A DNA stretch of 62,875 nt, filler included, from Choristocarpus tenellus KU-1152 (taxonomy: Eukaryota > Protista > Phaeophyceae): NCBI GenBank assembly GCA_964200185.2. It is 8 parts of 8 records of this genome, joined end to end, with 100 filler letters (N's around TTAATTAATTAA, not from the genome) between each part and the next. Parts side by side here need not be neighbours in the genome. Positions count along the whole stretch, not along the records: positions 7,196 to 25,140 come from CAXNAD020000603.1; positions 25,241 to 37,767 come from CAXNAD020001810.1; 6 more parts are not named here. One strand, written 5' to 3'. Positions 12,768 to 26,700 of the stretch are shown one piece after another. Made by a program: the position numbers and the translations under genes. The notes below the pieces were generated by a model. That model searched no databases, was not told where the DNA came from, and saw only the letters and a list, made by a program, of their open reading frames with translations. How positions within the stretch are numbered: the stretch's first letter is position 1; each line of letters begins with the position of its first letter.

Positions 12768-15700
12768 TCCTCCTTCCCCCCCCCCCCCCCCCCCCCCCTC
12801 TCCTCCTCCCCCCCCCGTCCCNNNNNNNNNNCCCCGGGGGGAACCATTAACCCCCCCCCCCCACCCCAAGGGCCCGGAACACTTTTTCCTCTTTTTCTAA
12901 ATACCCCCCCCCCCCCCTCCCCTACTCCTCTAGGATACCATATGGCCCTCACCTCTGTGTCCACCTCTTGAAGTCGTGCCCTCAGGTTCCCGATGTTTCT
13001 TTCTTGGATCTTTTCTCTCACCAAGTCGGTGACACGAGCCAGGTCAGAGTTGGGAAAGGCATCAGGTCTCTCCTCCATCAGTCGCAGGGTCTTCACGTCG
13101 GCTTCTGTCACCCGGAAGCAATGCCCATTGATTAACACCTCAGCGCCAACGTAGAACCTACCCTCTGTAATCACGTTGCCCAGTTCATCCCGTACCTTTT
13201 TTTGGCACAGAGCGAAGGGTGGCAACGGTACTAGGGTTAGGGTTAGGTTAGGGTGTGTTGTTGGCTGGGGTGTTCAGCAGGCTCTGGCATGCAAGGGTAA
13301 CTGGGAGTCCAAAAAAGTAATCAAGAAGTGGTGACCAGAGTTTGTGGCATTTTGAAGGATACTGACAGAGAGGATGTGTAAAATTCAGTATACTTTTTTT
13401 TACAAATGTGTTTATGTGTGTATTATGTACATATATTATATATATATATAGGATATTTTGTTACTTGTGTTGGAAAATGTTTCAAATGATAGGGAAATAG
13501 AAAGAGAGACTGCGAACTCAGCACCTTTCATCAATAGAAATAAAAACATGGGTGAATTTCAAAAGATTGCAAAAACAGAAGAAAAAAAAATGCAAAAACA
13601 ACTGTCAAAATCTGGGTACCTATCGTTTACTTTGACACTCAATAGGTTTCACAAGAAGAGGCATATGCATTGATGCAAAGCCCTATTCATGGCACATTGC
13701 ATAGTGTGACGTTGATGGTGGTTTGGTTGGAGATACACTATACTATGCCTTACAGGGATGGCAGCATAGTACAGGTGTCTGCTGGAAACTTAGCACCTGT
13801 AGTAGCACCTACCTATAATCAGGGGGCCCTGGGCAACCACCCAAAAAGGTTTGTTTTCTACTTCTATATTCATCTCATCGGTCTGCACACACGTCAATGC
13901 GTATGCAGCACTCTAGGGCGCCCATAGCGCATCATGAAAATTGAAACGATTGAGTGCTTGGTAAGGGGCAACGTGGTATGATAAAAGAGTCATGGAGGCG
14001 TGTTCTAGCTGTGAAGGGAATGTGTGTGGTGCAGTAACATGATGATGATACTCTCTCTCTCTCTCAATCAGGAAAAGGGGTGTGTTTTCGGATGGGGGAT
14101 GCAAGGAGGAAGGATCTGTGGACAATGGAATGGTGATACTGCTGAAATGCCGTTCCTCTCTTTGGATACAGAAATTTTTGAAAATGATACGCCTCATTAT
14201 CATCATCAGTACTCAGGACAGGTTGAATGTGTTAGTATAATGCAAGTGCATATCATTCTTGGTGGTACTGAATATTTGGCGATCTCTTGCAATGTGGTGT
14301 GGGCTGGTCGGAGGCAGTGATAATACTAAAAAAAAATCAATACAATATAGAAAAATATAACTATAACAATAGTAGCAGAGTTAGTAAGGCTAGTAATAGT
14401 GGTATTTACATCTAGTCACTGTAGCAATAACAAAAACTGATAGTGGTATAGAAAGAGAAAAGGATACAGTGTGCAGCATACACATAAACAAGAATAATCA
14501 CAGTAACAGTAGTAGTAGTAGTAGTAGTGGTAGTGGTAGTTATAGTAGTGACAATAAGGAGTGTGTATTGTAACAAGAACAATTGTAGCTTTAAAAGAGG
14601 CCATAATTAAGATTATACGAATAGGTGTAGTTTTGATAACAAGAGCAGAAATAAATGTAATAACAAAAAACTCACAGTAATCGTGATATAATTCAAAGCA
14701 GCAGCAAATATATCCAAACAGATATAAAGAGTGCCATGCATTGTGTGTATGGTTACAAACAAGTCAAGGATAGACCCCAGCAACAGTGCAACCTTCTCTC
14801 TACCTTGGAGTATATCTAGCCTAACATACAGTGCTCGATGCCTATGGCACAAACAACAGGGTGGTCATATCATACCTATCTACAACTCTGGACACAGTAG
14901 TAGTGTACACAGGTTGTATTTAAGATAGGTATACATACATATATATATATATACATGTGTGCTCTGGAGTCAACCCAAAGATAATAAACTAAGTAATCAC
15001 ACAAGCACATTGGATGATAGTACTGAGGGATAGGGGACATAGCAGAAAGAGCAACATCCTGACCAATAGAAGTGCTCACGTGCCAGTCCATAGTAGGATG
15101 GAACCACTCACTCCTCCTGCAAAACGCCCCAGTCCCCTTGAATTTTCTACTCTGAGTGTGTCGCTCATGATAATCGCCACGGGACTCTCTGTGAAGGCTA
15201 CTGGATCTTTCAACACAATTAAGCCTTTGGAGGCCATCCCCTGTGCCAGAACCTTTCAGGGACCCTTCTTCACACATAGAAGTACTTTCCCTGGCCCTCT
15301 GGCCCTGCCCCGGCCCAGTAACAGCCCCCGTAGCATTACCTTCATGCGACTGAGGAAGTTTCCACCTGTTACCCCACTGTTTCGTTGAGGAGGCTCCCGG
15401 ACAACCAGTGTGCGATCTGCCTTGTAGTAGCTCATGATAAAACGCCTTCCCATGTCTTCTGGGGCCTCTGACCTATAGAGCATCGGAGCGTATTGTCAAT
15501 CTTGAGGGGGTGTCGAGGAGGATGTCAAATGTCCAGATGAAATAGATGGTAAAGGAAAGGCCTCGGCATGTGTTGCAGTTGGGATATGTTGATGGTGTAC
15601 AACATGCAATACATTTTTAGTTGTTATTGTTACAACGGGTAGACCAACTCTTTTGCTCAGTAAACTTGTCAATTTCGATCTTATTGTTGTTGTGGTCGGT

Positions 15701-18700
15701 AGAGGATTTATTTATTTTTTGCTAATTCACTTCCATTCCTAATCTCATCGCTGTTGCAATATAGACGTAACGTTGTCGTTGGCTTCTCAAATCAAATCGC
15801 AGTCCCTTGCCATCATCGACGTGAAGAGAGAGAAATAACAAAAAAAGAAAAACAATCGAGAGCGTACACTGAATCTTAGGGTTAGAGCTTGAACTGAATG
15901 AAGTAAGCGCTTTCTTCGCACACCGCAGCACAACAGTAGACAAGCAAAAACAGCAACAACAACAACAACAACAACAACAATGAAAACAATGAAAACAATG
16001 AAAACAATGAAACTGAAAGTAACAGCACCGCTTGGGATTTTTTTTTAAGATTCAGAGAGGCGTTGTGCTCACTGTTGGTGCATTCACATTAGCCACCCAT
16101 CCACCCATGACTCACACTAGCTCCGCCGTGTATCGGAACATGACATCTTCCCCCAGCACCTTTCGGGCTGGGAGTGGAATGAGCGAGCCCGGTCGAGATA
16201 CCATGCCGTCATCGTCGGAAAAATCAGTACTGTAAATGGACAGTGATCCGCCGGACGGCTCATATACAGGCTTGTTGTCCGATGGGGGTCTGACAGGGTC
16301 ACCAAGGCTCATGCCCTGACTGCTGTAGAATTGTCTGGTGTGGGCATCTGCATCGATAAGCACCAGCTTTCGCTCATAGACGTTCAACTGGGGTGGTCCA
16401 CAGTGGGAGAGGTAGTTTGGGGGGTGGGCGGGGGGGGGGAGAGGTTTTTGAATTTGAATCCAAGTATTTACTTTGAGAATTTTTGAGTCGGAATCTTTGT
16501 TGCGTGGTGGTGAAGGGTCTGTGGTACTAGCAGAGATCTCTGCAATGTGTTGTACAGTTCGTTACATTTGAATATTATATTTATTTATTTTTGGGGTGTA
16601 GTGTCCGATAGGGGGGTGGTGTTGAGTATAATGAGTCCTCTGTGATTGAATGCCTTCTGGTGCAGGTGTTCCTAACACTAATGTGGGCAGTTTCAGACTT
16701 TCATGGATGAACGCTTGACTTCTCTTCTACAGACACAGCCTCCTGATAGGGTTCGCTGCATTTCGGGCGTGGGAATGGGGATGTCAGTCAGGAAATTTTA
16801 CTAACCGTTTTTTACTCTGAGGGGGCCTAAATTGACCCCCCTCTAGGCCACAATAGCTCTAGGGTTAGGGGTTCAGGTAATGGTTAGTTGGGGGTATCAG
16901 TGCAACTTTATATTGACAAACAGGGACGCAGTCCAGATAGATTAGGATGTACTGAGTAAGGGTTAGGATCAAGGGTAAGCAATGCACTGATTGAACCAGG
17001 AGGAATTCATGGCCATACTGTGTATAGAAGCCCTTCACCATGGACTAGCTCAGGATCACTTGTTTTTACCTCAAAAAATATTTTAAAATCCGCTATAAAA
17101 TTCGGAGTCGGAAACAAATTCCCAGTCCACCACCAGCCTTTTGCATCGCAATGTGGTAGAATAAGGTGGCATCCCTGTGACCCCTGTTTCCAACCTGTTT
17201 CCTACAAATCAAGGTTTGAAAGCTGTGATGATCACTGTTTAATATCCTGATACACCAGTAAAAATTGTTAATTTAATGTGTTACATGATGTATTTTTCCC
17301 CAAGTCACATGACAGCATATCTGTCAGTGGTCCAATCTTACAACCTCTTCCCAGACACTTCATTTGCTGTACTTGATGGCAGCAGTTCTCTCCCCAGCCA
17401 TAACCCTAAGCCTTAGCCCATACACTCCGTACTCTATTCAAATTGTTATTTTTATTTACAACAATGTTTTTATTCACATCAGTCTGAAGGGATTCCAAAT
17501 CCACAAAAAAAAAGTTATTTAGAGAAAGTACCAACACGGTGCACAAAATGCATCAAAAAAGCACAAACAAAAAAAATGCAAAGAAGAAAAAAGAGAAAAA
17601 CTCAGTGTAGCTAAGAAGAGGAGCAGTCAATATCCCCAGGACACTGCTCACTAACAGCCCCATAGCTGGGGCGGGGCAGAACCTCATCGATGCCATCAAC
17701 ACTGGGAAGGTCCAGCACTAAAAAATGAAGTGGAAAGAGACTGATCAACTTGTTTTCAACATCTGGTCCGTCCAACCCAAACACCACTTACCAACCATGG
17801 CAGAAACGACCCAAAACATTCAAGAGGGTAAGCGTTTTGCCCGGTTTGTCCGTTCGGGGCTTGGCTTCCCACGGGTTTTTTTTTTCCTTATTCGGTTTTC
17901 GAAATATTTCGGAGTACTCAAAATGTATACGCAATATGAAAAGGCGTGTCCGGGGGCAAGGATATTGATACTTTGCTAACAAACACGACAGCGAAAATGA
18001 CATCAAAATCGCAACATTGGATTTTGGACCCCCCAAACAGGACACAGCCCTACCCTCTTAAATGATTTGAATCAAATGGGAGGGAAGGGTGATGACCAAC
18101 TCAAGAAAGGAGACCAATCAGAAAAACCTAAAAAAGCAAACAGTAGTGAGCTTGCATGTTCCCTGGCCTCGCTTGGGCTGTCTTGGCTCCTGCTTCAGGA
18201 TGATGTACTAAGCTGTATTCCTAATGGTGGCATTGTCCTCTTAAAAGGTGTTACCTCTTTGGGAATCTACCTACTGATACAAACATACGCAAGGCATCAA
18301 TGACACTTGAGTTGTAAAACAAGACAGTAATGTCCTCCCTCCTCCCTACAGAATAATAGGCGTGTCACAATTCAAAATCCCCCCACATTATAGTCGTATA
18401 GTCACCTCCTCCTCCACGAGTTCAACCTGCCACCTTTTTTCTGCCCATGGACACATTCGTCTGGTGCGTCCAATGCCTTTATCTGACCCAACTTATGGTC
18501 CAACCCCATCATACGTGTCGCACCTCTCCACCAATGCTCAAGTCTCTCCACAAGTATGGCTGACTGTGAAGTCCTCGAGCAACAGACTTAGGCAATGCCC
18601 CGCGCTTGAGAAGGATTGGGAAGGGGTCCCGCCCTGAGTTGGGGCCATGGACAGCCCTGACCTCAATGGTATCATCTGAAAGGAAGTAGTGAACCTAGGT

Positions 18701-21692
18701 GAGTGTCCAGGGAGGAGATGAGAATAGGGACGTTCATCATTGAGCGAGGATATCGATGTCAGGTCAAGAGATTGTCGATGCAGAGCATTGCACGGATTTC
18801 AAGGATGGAAGGCTTGTTGTCATATCACCTTCTAGGGATAAGAACATTTTTTTTTTCTATTTGGTCAGGTTAGCACACTTTGCCTAGATATTGAAAAATT
18901 GGCAACCCATGCAAGAAAGTGTGCGATTTGATGCACTTGTTGTGGTATATGATTGATTCAAAGAACAATATGCTTCGAAGTACTGGGAACTTGTACTAAC
19001 TAGTGTTTACTTGGAGTGGTTCAGGTAACATGATAGTCCAAAAAGAGTGTGAGGCGGTATCCTATTGTGTTTCAGAATTTGAAGATGAAACAAGAAGCAT
19101 GATGACAGACTTGATCATAGTTTTGGACAAAACTTTAGGATAGCCTACTATTATAGTACAGATACCATTGCAAGAACTGTTACAATAGCTATTTCTATTT
19201 CTGTTACAGCTACTAAGACCAATGCTATTACTACTATTACCATTACTATTACTATTACTATTACTATTACTATTACTATTACTATTACTATTACTGTTAC
19301 TACTTAGAAGTATTACTATTACTGTTACTACCTAGAAGTATTACTATTACTATTACTGGTTCTCTTACGACCAATGCTATTACTACTATTACCATTACTA
19401 TTGCTACTACTATTTCGAAGTATCGAATTATAACTTACTATTAATATTACTATTGCTACTACCATTACTATTACCACCACTAATATTAATTTGCTCAAGA
19501 GTAACATTTATGAACAAGACTTTAACTTCTTTATCTCCTCTCTTTCACTAAGGAAACTGCTGCCGCATTGCTGTGAGAACCATAAGCACTTCATATGATG
19601 GACTCTGGGTTTGGCAACATATATCGTCATTAAAATCTCATTTTGAGGGTATCACCCTTTCCCTAGATCCCCCTACCTTGAAACTCTGCAAGTCTCCATA
19701 GAGACTTTCACGATCATCCCATACAGCATCGAAGCTAAGCACTTTTCGATCAAACTTCAAGAAGCCTTCTCTCTTGCTGTTGTCAACCGTGTTCCCAAGC
19801 GAGGCCTCTGTGAACACCTTCATATCATTCTTTAGTAAGGTTGAGCAGGAGTGATTGGATGGTTTATTCTACTAGGGTTTATATCAATAAGTAATTGAGT
19901 AAAATTGTGTGTAATCAAGTCATGGAAGCGTAGAGGGATAGATGACATAACTATGAAAACACGGTCAGCTTTTGGATCAATACAATGACCTGAATACCAC
20001 AGTCAACCTGTCAGATGTGCCAGCCCAGCGAATTCCCTTACCCCCACAAACATATAGTTGACTTACGAATCATGACATAAGTCTCAATTTCAAGAAGAAC
20101 AACTAGCAGTTTGAAGGAAGATAGATATTAGTTGTCCATGCCACTTGTGTAAGCAGCAGTATTCATTGCCAGAGATGAGACATTTTGTGTGGAAGAACCT
20201 AAACATCCTGAGAGGATATTCAAGATTCAGTGCATTCTCCTAGTAGGTCATCATTTAACCATGGTGCATATGGGACTTGCCTCACACACACAAGAATAAC
20301 TATGTTGTCGTGATCTCTCAAACCCTTGGTCTCTTATTCTCACCTTGACAATCTTATGGTTGATGTTGGGGTCACATCCAGTCTCATGGGACATGAAAGT
20401 CTTTCGCTCCTCTGAGTATCTGTCAAGGGGAAAGGGAATTGCTGGCTCCTCCTTCCGCCCCAGATTCTGTTCCAGCAAGAGCCTGGTGGCTTTATTAGCA
20501 TCAACAATGTGGAAGCGTCGGCCATATACATCAATAATCCCACCCACTCTAAGGTCCTTGGCAGTGTAGAACCCCTTCTTGGTCTGTGTGTGTAAGCAAG
20601 ATATGGAAATGCAGACAAATTTAAGTGCGTCCTGATATAGAGATAGGTGCTGTATGTGGATGAGGAGGGTCGGAATTCGATGGACCGTGAGTAAATTCCC
20701 TTTGTTGCATTCAAGTGTGGTACAAGGATATATTGCTCTCCAAAGAATTTTTTTATAGATAATTGTGTCACATGTTCCTTTCTTTTCCAATTCATCACCC
20801 CTCCTCCGTGAAGATGTCCAACTCGTGAATGCACCAAACAACAACACCATGAGCACCTATGGCACAAACCTAGCGCGCATATCCATTGACTCGCGACCCC
20901 TCCATCACATACACGTATCACCTCAATGCTGCCCACCATAATAATAACGCCCCTCATTTACGAACTTGTTGCTAGGTTTGACCATGGCACATTCACATTC
21001 TTTCGCACCTCCGGGTAAGGGATTTGATGCCGCTTGACAAGGGTTCCTTGCGGCATCCCACTGTTTTCCTGGCGAGCCTCCTCAATCTGCATCGAAGAGT
21101 CCTCAAGGTACATCAAAATTTTACACTTCCGCACTCTATGGTTCTCCAGTGGCGACTCGTCAACAGCCTCCTTGAAGTAGGCATCGAATTGTAACACCTG
21201 GCCCGAATAGGCCACGAATCCCGCGGTGGATGCCCCCTTGGTGTTATAGGGAGATCTTTCTGCTGGGTTGACCCCTCGTCCAACTTCCAACGACGTTGAC
21301 GCTGAATCCTTTCTCAAGCCAACGAGAGCATCGTGGTCCGGCGCCTGTTCATGTGTGTGTATGATTTGACCTCAGGAATTCGATAACAAGTGTCTACACA
21401 GGATAGTGTGCCTGGCCACAAGAGAGACTTGGTTGACTAACTTCGATCAATGGCATAATATACTTCTTGTGAGAGTGTTCTTAGAGGTTATTCCTTGAAA
21501 GAGATAACATTAAGAGAGGATTTTGTCGCAACATGTGAAAAAAAGTCTGATATGGACCCTATCCCTTTTGGTTATCCTTGCCTCTTCAAAGAATGGAACC
21601 CCTTCGAAGAAAGTAAAGTCCCCCCTTTGCCGCCTTACTTTTGCCTTGTTCATCCTATAGTGGGGAAGATTCGGAACCACAGTGGCCTCCAT
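9851..21692 (-). CDS. EFHC1: EFHC1/Rib72-family axonemal protein (3 DM10 domains + C-terminal EF-hand-like region), ~596 aa
   Basis: Nine exons in phase: 21692-21639, 21344-21009, 20583-20344, 19829-19677, 18694-18524, 16387-16116, 15472-15340, 13195-12953, 10039-9851. N-terminal PNLP motif. DM10 motifs VLQFDAYFKEAV..YLEDSSMQIEE..ENSGMPQG, VLSFDAVWDD..HYFLSDDTIEV..NSGRDPFP, RRFIMSYYKADRTLVVREPPQRNSGVTGGNFL. EF loop DTEGNGIVSRSDL. EFHC1 versus EFHC2 paralog not resolved. Confidence 0.93.
12040..12225. repeat. Minisatellite, ~22-bp unit (CAATACATCCATTGGTATCAAT-like)
   Basis: CATCCATTGGT recurs about six times, in an EFHC1 intron. Confidence 0.85.
12286..12566. mobile_element. Foldback/inverted-repeat element with telomeric CCCTAA units in both arms
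   Basis: CCTTCCGTTTCCACACCACTAACCCTAACCCTAGA pairs with TCTAGGGTTAGGGTTAGTGGTGTGGAAATGGAAGG (1 mismatch), and imperfect pairing continues ~70 bp inward. A related sequence lies at ~53770-54010. Confidence 0.7.
17880..18073 (-). mobile_element. Non-autonomous TIR element, family B (related to family A termini)
   Basis: The reverse complement reads GATTCAAATCATTTAAGAGGGTAGGGCTGTGTCC..GGGGGTCCAAAATCCAATGTTGCGATTTTGATGT, matching the copies at 38396 and 45957. Left boundary uncertain. Confidence 0.65.
19222..19480. repeat. (TACTAT)n microsatellite / low-complexity tract
   Basis: Direct inspection. Confidence 0.9.
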
Positions 21693-21919
21693 CCTTGGTC
21701 CTACACTACAGAGCCTAATGGATAATTGAACGAGCCATATATGTATGTAGAATTTTTCGACTGAAAAAATGACGGTTACAAGGTTGTCATGTCAGTATGT
21801 CTCCAGAAGGCGTTGGTTGGTACAGATGAAGTACGAAAATATCACAACCACAACAAAGAGGACGCTGGTATAAGAGTATTGAAGTGTGTATAAGAGTGTT
21901 GTGAGCTGGGCATTGTTCG

Positions 21920-24002
21920 ATGAAACGGAATATGGATTGTTTGCGTAAGTCGAGACCCTCTCTGTGCTCGTGCAGATCATGGCGAGCAGCTACAGTGGCG
22001 GCTTGTGTGTTTCAAGCGTCATCTTCTTTTGTTATCATGCCACATACGACTACCCAAGGCCTTCCCTCAACACCTTTGTCTCATAATCTCAAGAGATGTT
22101 CACTGCTTGCCGTTGGATATCCCATGGCTATTTTTCATCCTCGAAGAAGACTGATTGTAAAGTCAGGACCAACCGATGAGGTGCAGAGCAAGCCCCCTGC
22201 TGCTGGTACAGACGAGGGCACTCCACCTGAAGCCAAGGTCACTGTGAGGGGCGGAGTGAACCAGAGACCTCCCGTGACCCCAGAAGAAGTGGCTATGCTG
22301 CGGGGCTCTCCAGTAGCTTCACCAGAAGATGCCAAGCACGATTTACTCCACTTGATTCCCCGGATTACCGATCTATCGAAGCAGCGTTATCGGATGGAGT
22401 ACTTGATTCAGATCCTGGAGGAGAGCTATTCTCCAATTCTCACCTCAGATTTTTTCAACTTTGGGACACAGGTGAGCCGAATGAGGGGCGAGCATGAGTC
22501 AACTTTGCCCTCATTTTTTTGTTACTTCGATCTTGACCATGTTTGTTAGAGGTGTCACCACTGATAGGTGATATCATCACTCGTATGCATGATCCACCTG
22601 GCAAAGCCCCCGACAATGTCTCCCGCAAGATGACTTTCCCTTTTCGACTTGCAAATGCCCTGCTTCCGCTTATCCTCAGGGTGACTGGCATTTTGCTTTC
22701 CCTAACGCTCGCTTAATGTTGAAGAACAAACCGGTCAAGATTAAGAAGCTCCTCCAGCGAATTGAACCAGACGGAGAGACGGTACGTGTTATCGACTCTG
22801 TTGCTCTTCCTAACTCTCTGCAATAGCTTTGGCGCTTTAATAAACGGCGTTGCTTCTTTATCCCTGTTGCCATGGACTCGTATTTGTTCAAGCACTCCAT
22901 CCTCGTGCACAGTGAAGAATGTCTGGTGTTGTGATTCATTCTCATAGGTTCTCGAAAAATTGCAATAAGGCGTGACTCTATAATACCCATATTGAAATAC
23001 CTTTGGAACAAGGTATGAAAAACGAAGTCTATAATAGGACATTTTCGTAACATTAGGATTTGTATTGTTGCTCTTTCGAGGATGAGCAGGGGCGATTAAC
23101 CAACTTTGTGAGGTGGGAGAAGGCAGATGAAGGTTGTGACGGAATGCTTGAGGTAGGCTGTGACTACAAGCTTGATAACCAAGGGCTTATGCTGGTGGAA
23201 GTAACTGGACACCGTCTCCTACCAGAGAAGATGCCCGATGATCCTCAGGATTTGGTGATGCAATTGCAGCAGGGGATGCCACCAGAGGTTTTTGCCCCTA
23301 ATAAAAATGGCTTTGCAACCATTGTGAGTTCGAGTGTGTGATGAGCACAAGAATTGATTATTCTTTCTTTTGCTAGCTGGGTTGAGGTGCTACCAGAGGT
23401 ACTTTGATGCATGTGTCTCACAGCCTGGTCCCAACAAATGGACATATTACTATTCACTTGTGTGATGAGAGGGGTCTCATAAACCTGCTCCCCCTGATGA
23501 GCACGTTTGTTTAACCTTACACTTGCCTTGAAGCACAGAGTAAATACTTTCCTTTCACTTCCACCATTTCCTGAGATCATTTTACCAATTCCATGGGAGC
23601 CCTTACTCTTCCTGTGTGAGACTCTCACTCCTTTAAACTCTGAAATGACAGCAGCTCTGTGTACTCCTCAGATCACTCTCTGCTTCTGTTGGCTTCAATT
23701 CCCCACCTTATGGAACGCAGTAGCATCTTTTACCATTGCATCCTCTCCCCCTTCTGTTGTTGATGCATTTCCCACTTTTTGATATCATGATCCTCTTTTT
23801 CTTGTGCCCTCTGTCCAATCTCATCTTACCCTACTTCCCCTATCCCCATGGTGATCAATGGCATGAGCAGTACCTAGATGCAGATATTCGCATCATTCTT
23901 GTTGATGGGCCAAGGTACCAAAAAAAAGTGAACGTGTTTGTACGGGACTCAGCTGTACTCTCTGTCACAAGAGACGAGGACGATGAGGAAGCAGCAAAGT
24001 AA
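21920..24002 (+). CDS. Plastid lipid-associated protein (PAP/fibrillin-like)
   Basis: Exons 21920(or 21932)-22471, 22680-22781, 23090(or 23081)-23323, 23871-24002 in phase. Leader AATVAACVFQASSSF resembles the stramenopile ASAF-type plastid cleavage motif. Fibrillin motifs AKHDLLHLI, LIQILEE, GDWHF, TIYLDADIRI..NVFVR. Confidence 0.75.
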
Positions 24003-25734
24003 GTGGGGCAATGAAGAGACACATTATTTGTGATGTATGCCCATGCTTCAAGGCCAAGAGTTGCTGACTTGACGAGATCTCTCCTTGCACAGGAGGTTGC
24101 ACATTGAACTGAGGATGGATATTACTGAGATGGATGAAACCATTGGGTAGAGAACAGACAATCTGTGACTGTGGTGTGTATCTAGTGTGAGCTTGAGTGG
24201 ATGTGGAATGTATAATTTTCTATGGTGTGTTTGTAGTCGAACCACACTTCTGCGGTCTAGATTGTGCCTTGGTGATTGACAGGTTTCTTGTTGTTGCATC
24301 TTGATTATTTTGTAGATTTCGGTAACTACTGTTTTTGTCTGATCACTGTCCGTTTTTGGGATTGTGTCTGCTGCAGCTCTTGCATGGTGGGCATATTGGA
24401 ACACTGTTATGATAAAGCGAAGGAGGCTCTTTGCAATGCTAGCTCAGAGTCTTATGCACCCATTACAAGTTTCAATCCTTTTCACAATGCCTTCGCAAGG
24501 TGATACAAACGTGTAACAGGAGATGAGAGGAGCATTTTGACATATGTCAAGGATGTACATGATACATTATCAGTTGTTGCCACTTCTGTGTCTATATGAT
24601 ACCCTAGATCTGGTATGCCATTCACGCCTTGGAAGGTGAACCCAGCTCAATTTTTCTTTTTTTCTACCGAATGATGTACAATACACCAAAAGCAATGCCT
24701 TGGTGGAGTCATAAGGTCCAACTATGGAGGCCTCGTTGGTACAAGCAGGATATGGTGAGAATAACAACAGTAAAGGTTACCGTTTGTGATGGCAAATGTG
24801 GTTACTCAACAGTGCACCTCAGAGAAATATGGCGCACCTACAGAAACACCTTCTCTCTGGTAGAAGCCTGGACCAGTACAGTACAACATTGGTGTCACTC
24901 ATAATCAGAGGGGGCACATGAGGAGGGAAATAAGGGTGCTGCAGAGTGCAGACATAACAATGGTGTCCTCATGGTTGCAGATAGCTGTCACTTCTTGACT
25001 GGCCTGATCATTGATATCAAACCAGCCACTGATGATTCGAGAGAATGCTATAGAATGGCCTAGCTAAATCCAGATGAATAGAAATTTTGTAATATCATCT
25101 CTGCAATAAAAATCAAGTTTAATTGATGATAGAGATTTTTNNNNNNNNNNNNNNNNNNNNNNNNNNNNNNNNNNNNNNNNNNNNTTAATTAATTAANNNN
25201 NNNNNNNNNNNNNNNNNNNNNNNNNNNNNNNNNNNNNNNNCCCCCAGATACTTTGACCCAGAGCGACCCTGATCGGTGAGGGGTATGTTTCCCCCCTTCT
25301 CATTCAAATAGTACCATGATTGATCCCTAGTACTTCCGATGTTCTTGTACCAGGCGGGTGAGGAGGCGTATGTGGTATTAAAATATCCTTCCATCTTGGC
25401 AATAGAATTGAAATCGATACAGACACCTATTATTTTACTAGCTACCATTGTTAGTCCCAAGGAGACTTTGGCGTTTAGACTTGGTACACTTTGGGTACAT
25501 CAAATAATGTGAAGATTGTACTTCATGCATTGCGCAAAACCGATGTCTCCTCTCCTCTCCTTGCGTGTCGCCACATGGCCAACGCCTCCACAAGTGTAGA
25601 CATCCTTCTTCTCGGGTATTGTCAGCATCACCAAAACTCGACTGGACACCATGTGCAGACCTCCTCCCGTGGATTCTGTGCTCTGTACCTTACACCTTTT
25701 CCTTCATCTGGCACACTAATTGTAAAAACACGTA

Positions 25735-25810
25735 TCACAGTATCATCACCGTATCATTACTGTATCATCACTGTATCATCACTGTATCATCACTGTATCA
25801 TCACTGTATC
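25735..25810. repeat. 11-bp tandem repeat (ACTGTATCATC)n
   Basis: About six copies just upstream of the 25819 splice acceptor. Confidence 0.85.
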
Positions 25811-25818
25811 CTCTGTAG

Positions 25819-26649
25819 GAACTACCCCCGAGGATGGATTGTGGAACGACCCAACATGGACTCCAATTTTGAGGCGGGCACTGTCTCCACAGGCAACTAC
25901 GGGAAAGGTGTGTCAGTGTGTTCAGGGTAGACTTTTTGTAAATTGTCTCATTCAGACTAGCAGGCGGTTTGAGGTTCGTCATGGGCAGATGGGGGGGGTG
26001 GGGGGTGGAGGGAGAAAATGTTGGGATAGGGAGGAAAGAAGAGGGAGGTTTCAAGTGTGCACGTCCTATTTGTGTTGATTTTGTGTTGATAGAGCTCTAG
26101 GTATTCTCGTGTTGAAAAGGTTGATGGGTAGGGGAGGGATGACACCACATGAAGAGGGTTGAATGTGTTGTATTGGGTTGTTTATCATGTCATTAATGTC
26201 ATTATCTACTCTTTAATGTGGGACTAGGAACCTAGACCAACCCTACCTAGCCCTGACATGTGGTCAAGAGGCAGAACGCACTGCATTATTTCTCACTAAT
26301 CTAACATGAACTAGCTGTTGCAGTAACACTAGTTGAGGCCCCCAGTGCGTGGTTTACCTTCTTGTCCCTGTCCGTTGGGTTCAGTGATCGGTTGCTTGTC
26401 ACTCCTCGCTTGAATCTTTCGTGAGATAGTCCTTTGCCAGCTCTCAACAAAGCCTTACCACCACGATTGACTCAGCTCTTTTTTGGCTGTTATTTTAGCA
26501 AGAGACAGAATGGCGTCGTCACCTCATGTTGACACGTGGTATATCAAAAATATATTATTTGAAAAAGAAAATCTGACCTTAAGTGGCTTTGAACCTCACA
26601 TTCATTCAACAGAAGCCGGTAGAACTACCACTTAGAGCTCCGAGAACGC

Positions 26650-26700
<51 letters not shown>

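Noticed and set aside
12700-12925. Pro-rich/Gly-rich ORFs and a local duplication around a 10-N gap
   Set aside because: Poly-C tracts with the same flank (GGAACACTTTT..CTAAATACCCC) on both sides of the gap point to an assembly or sequencing artefact.
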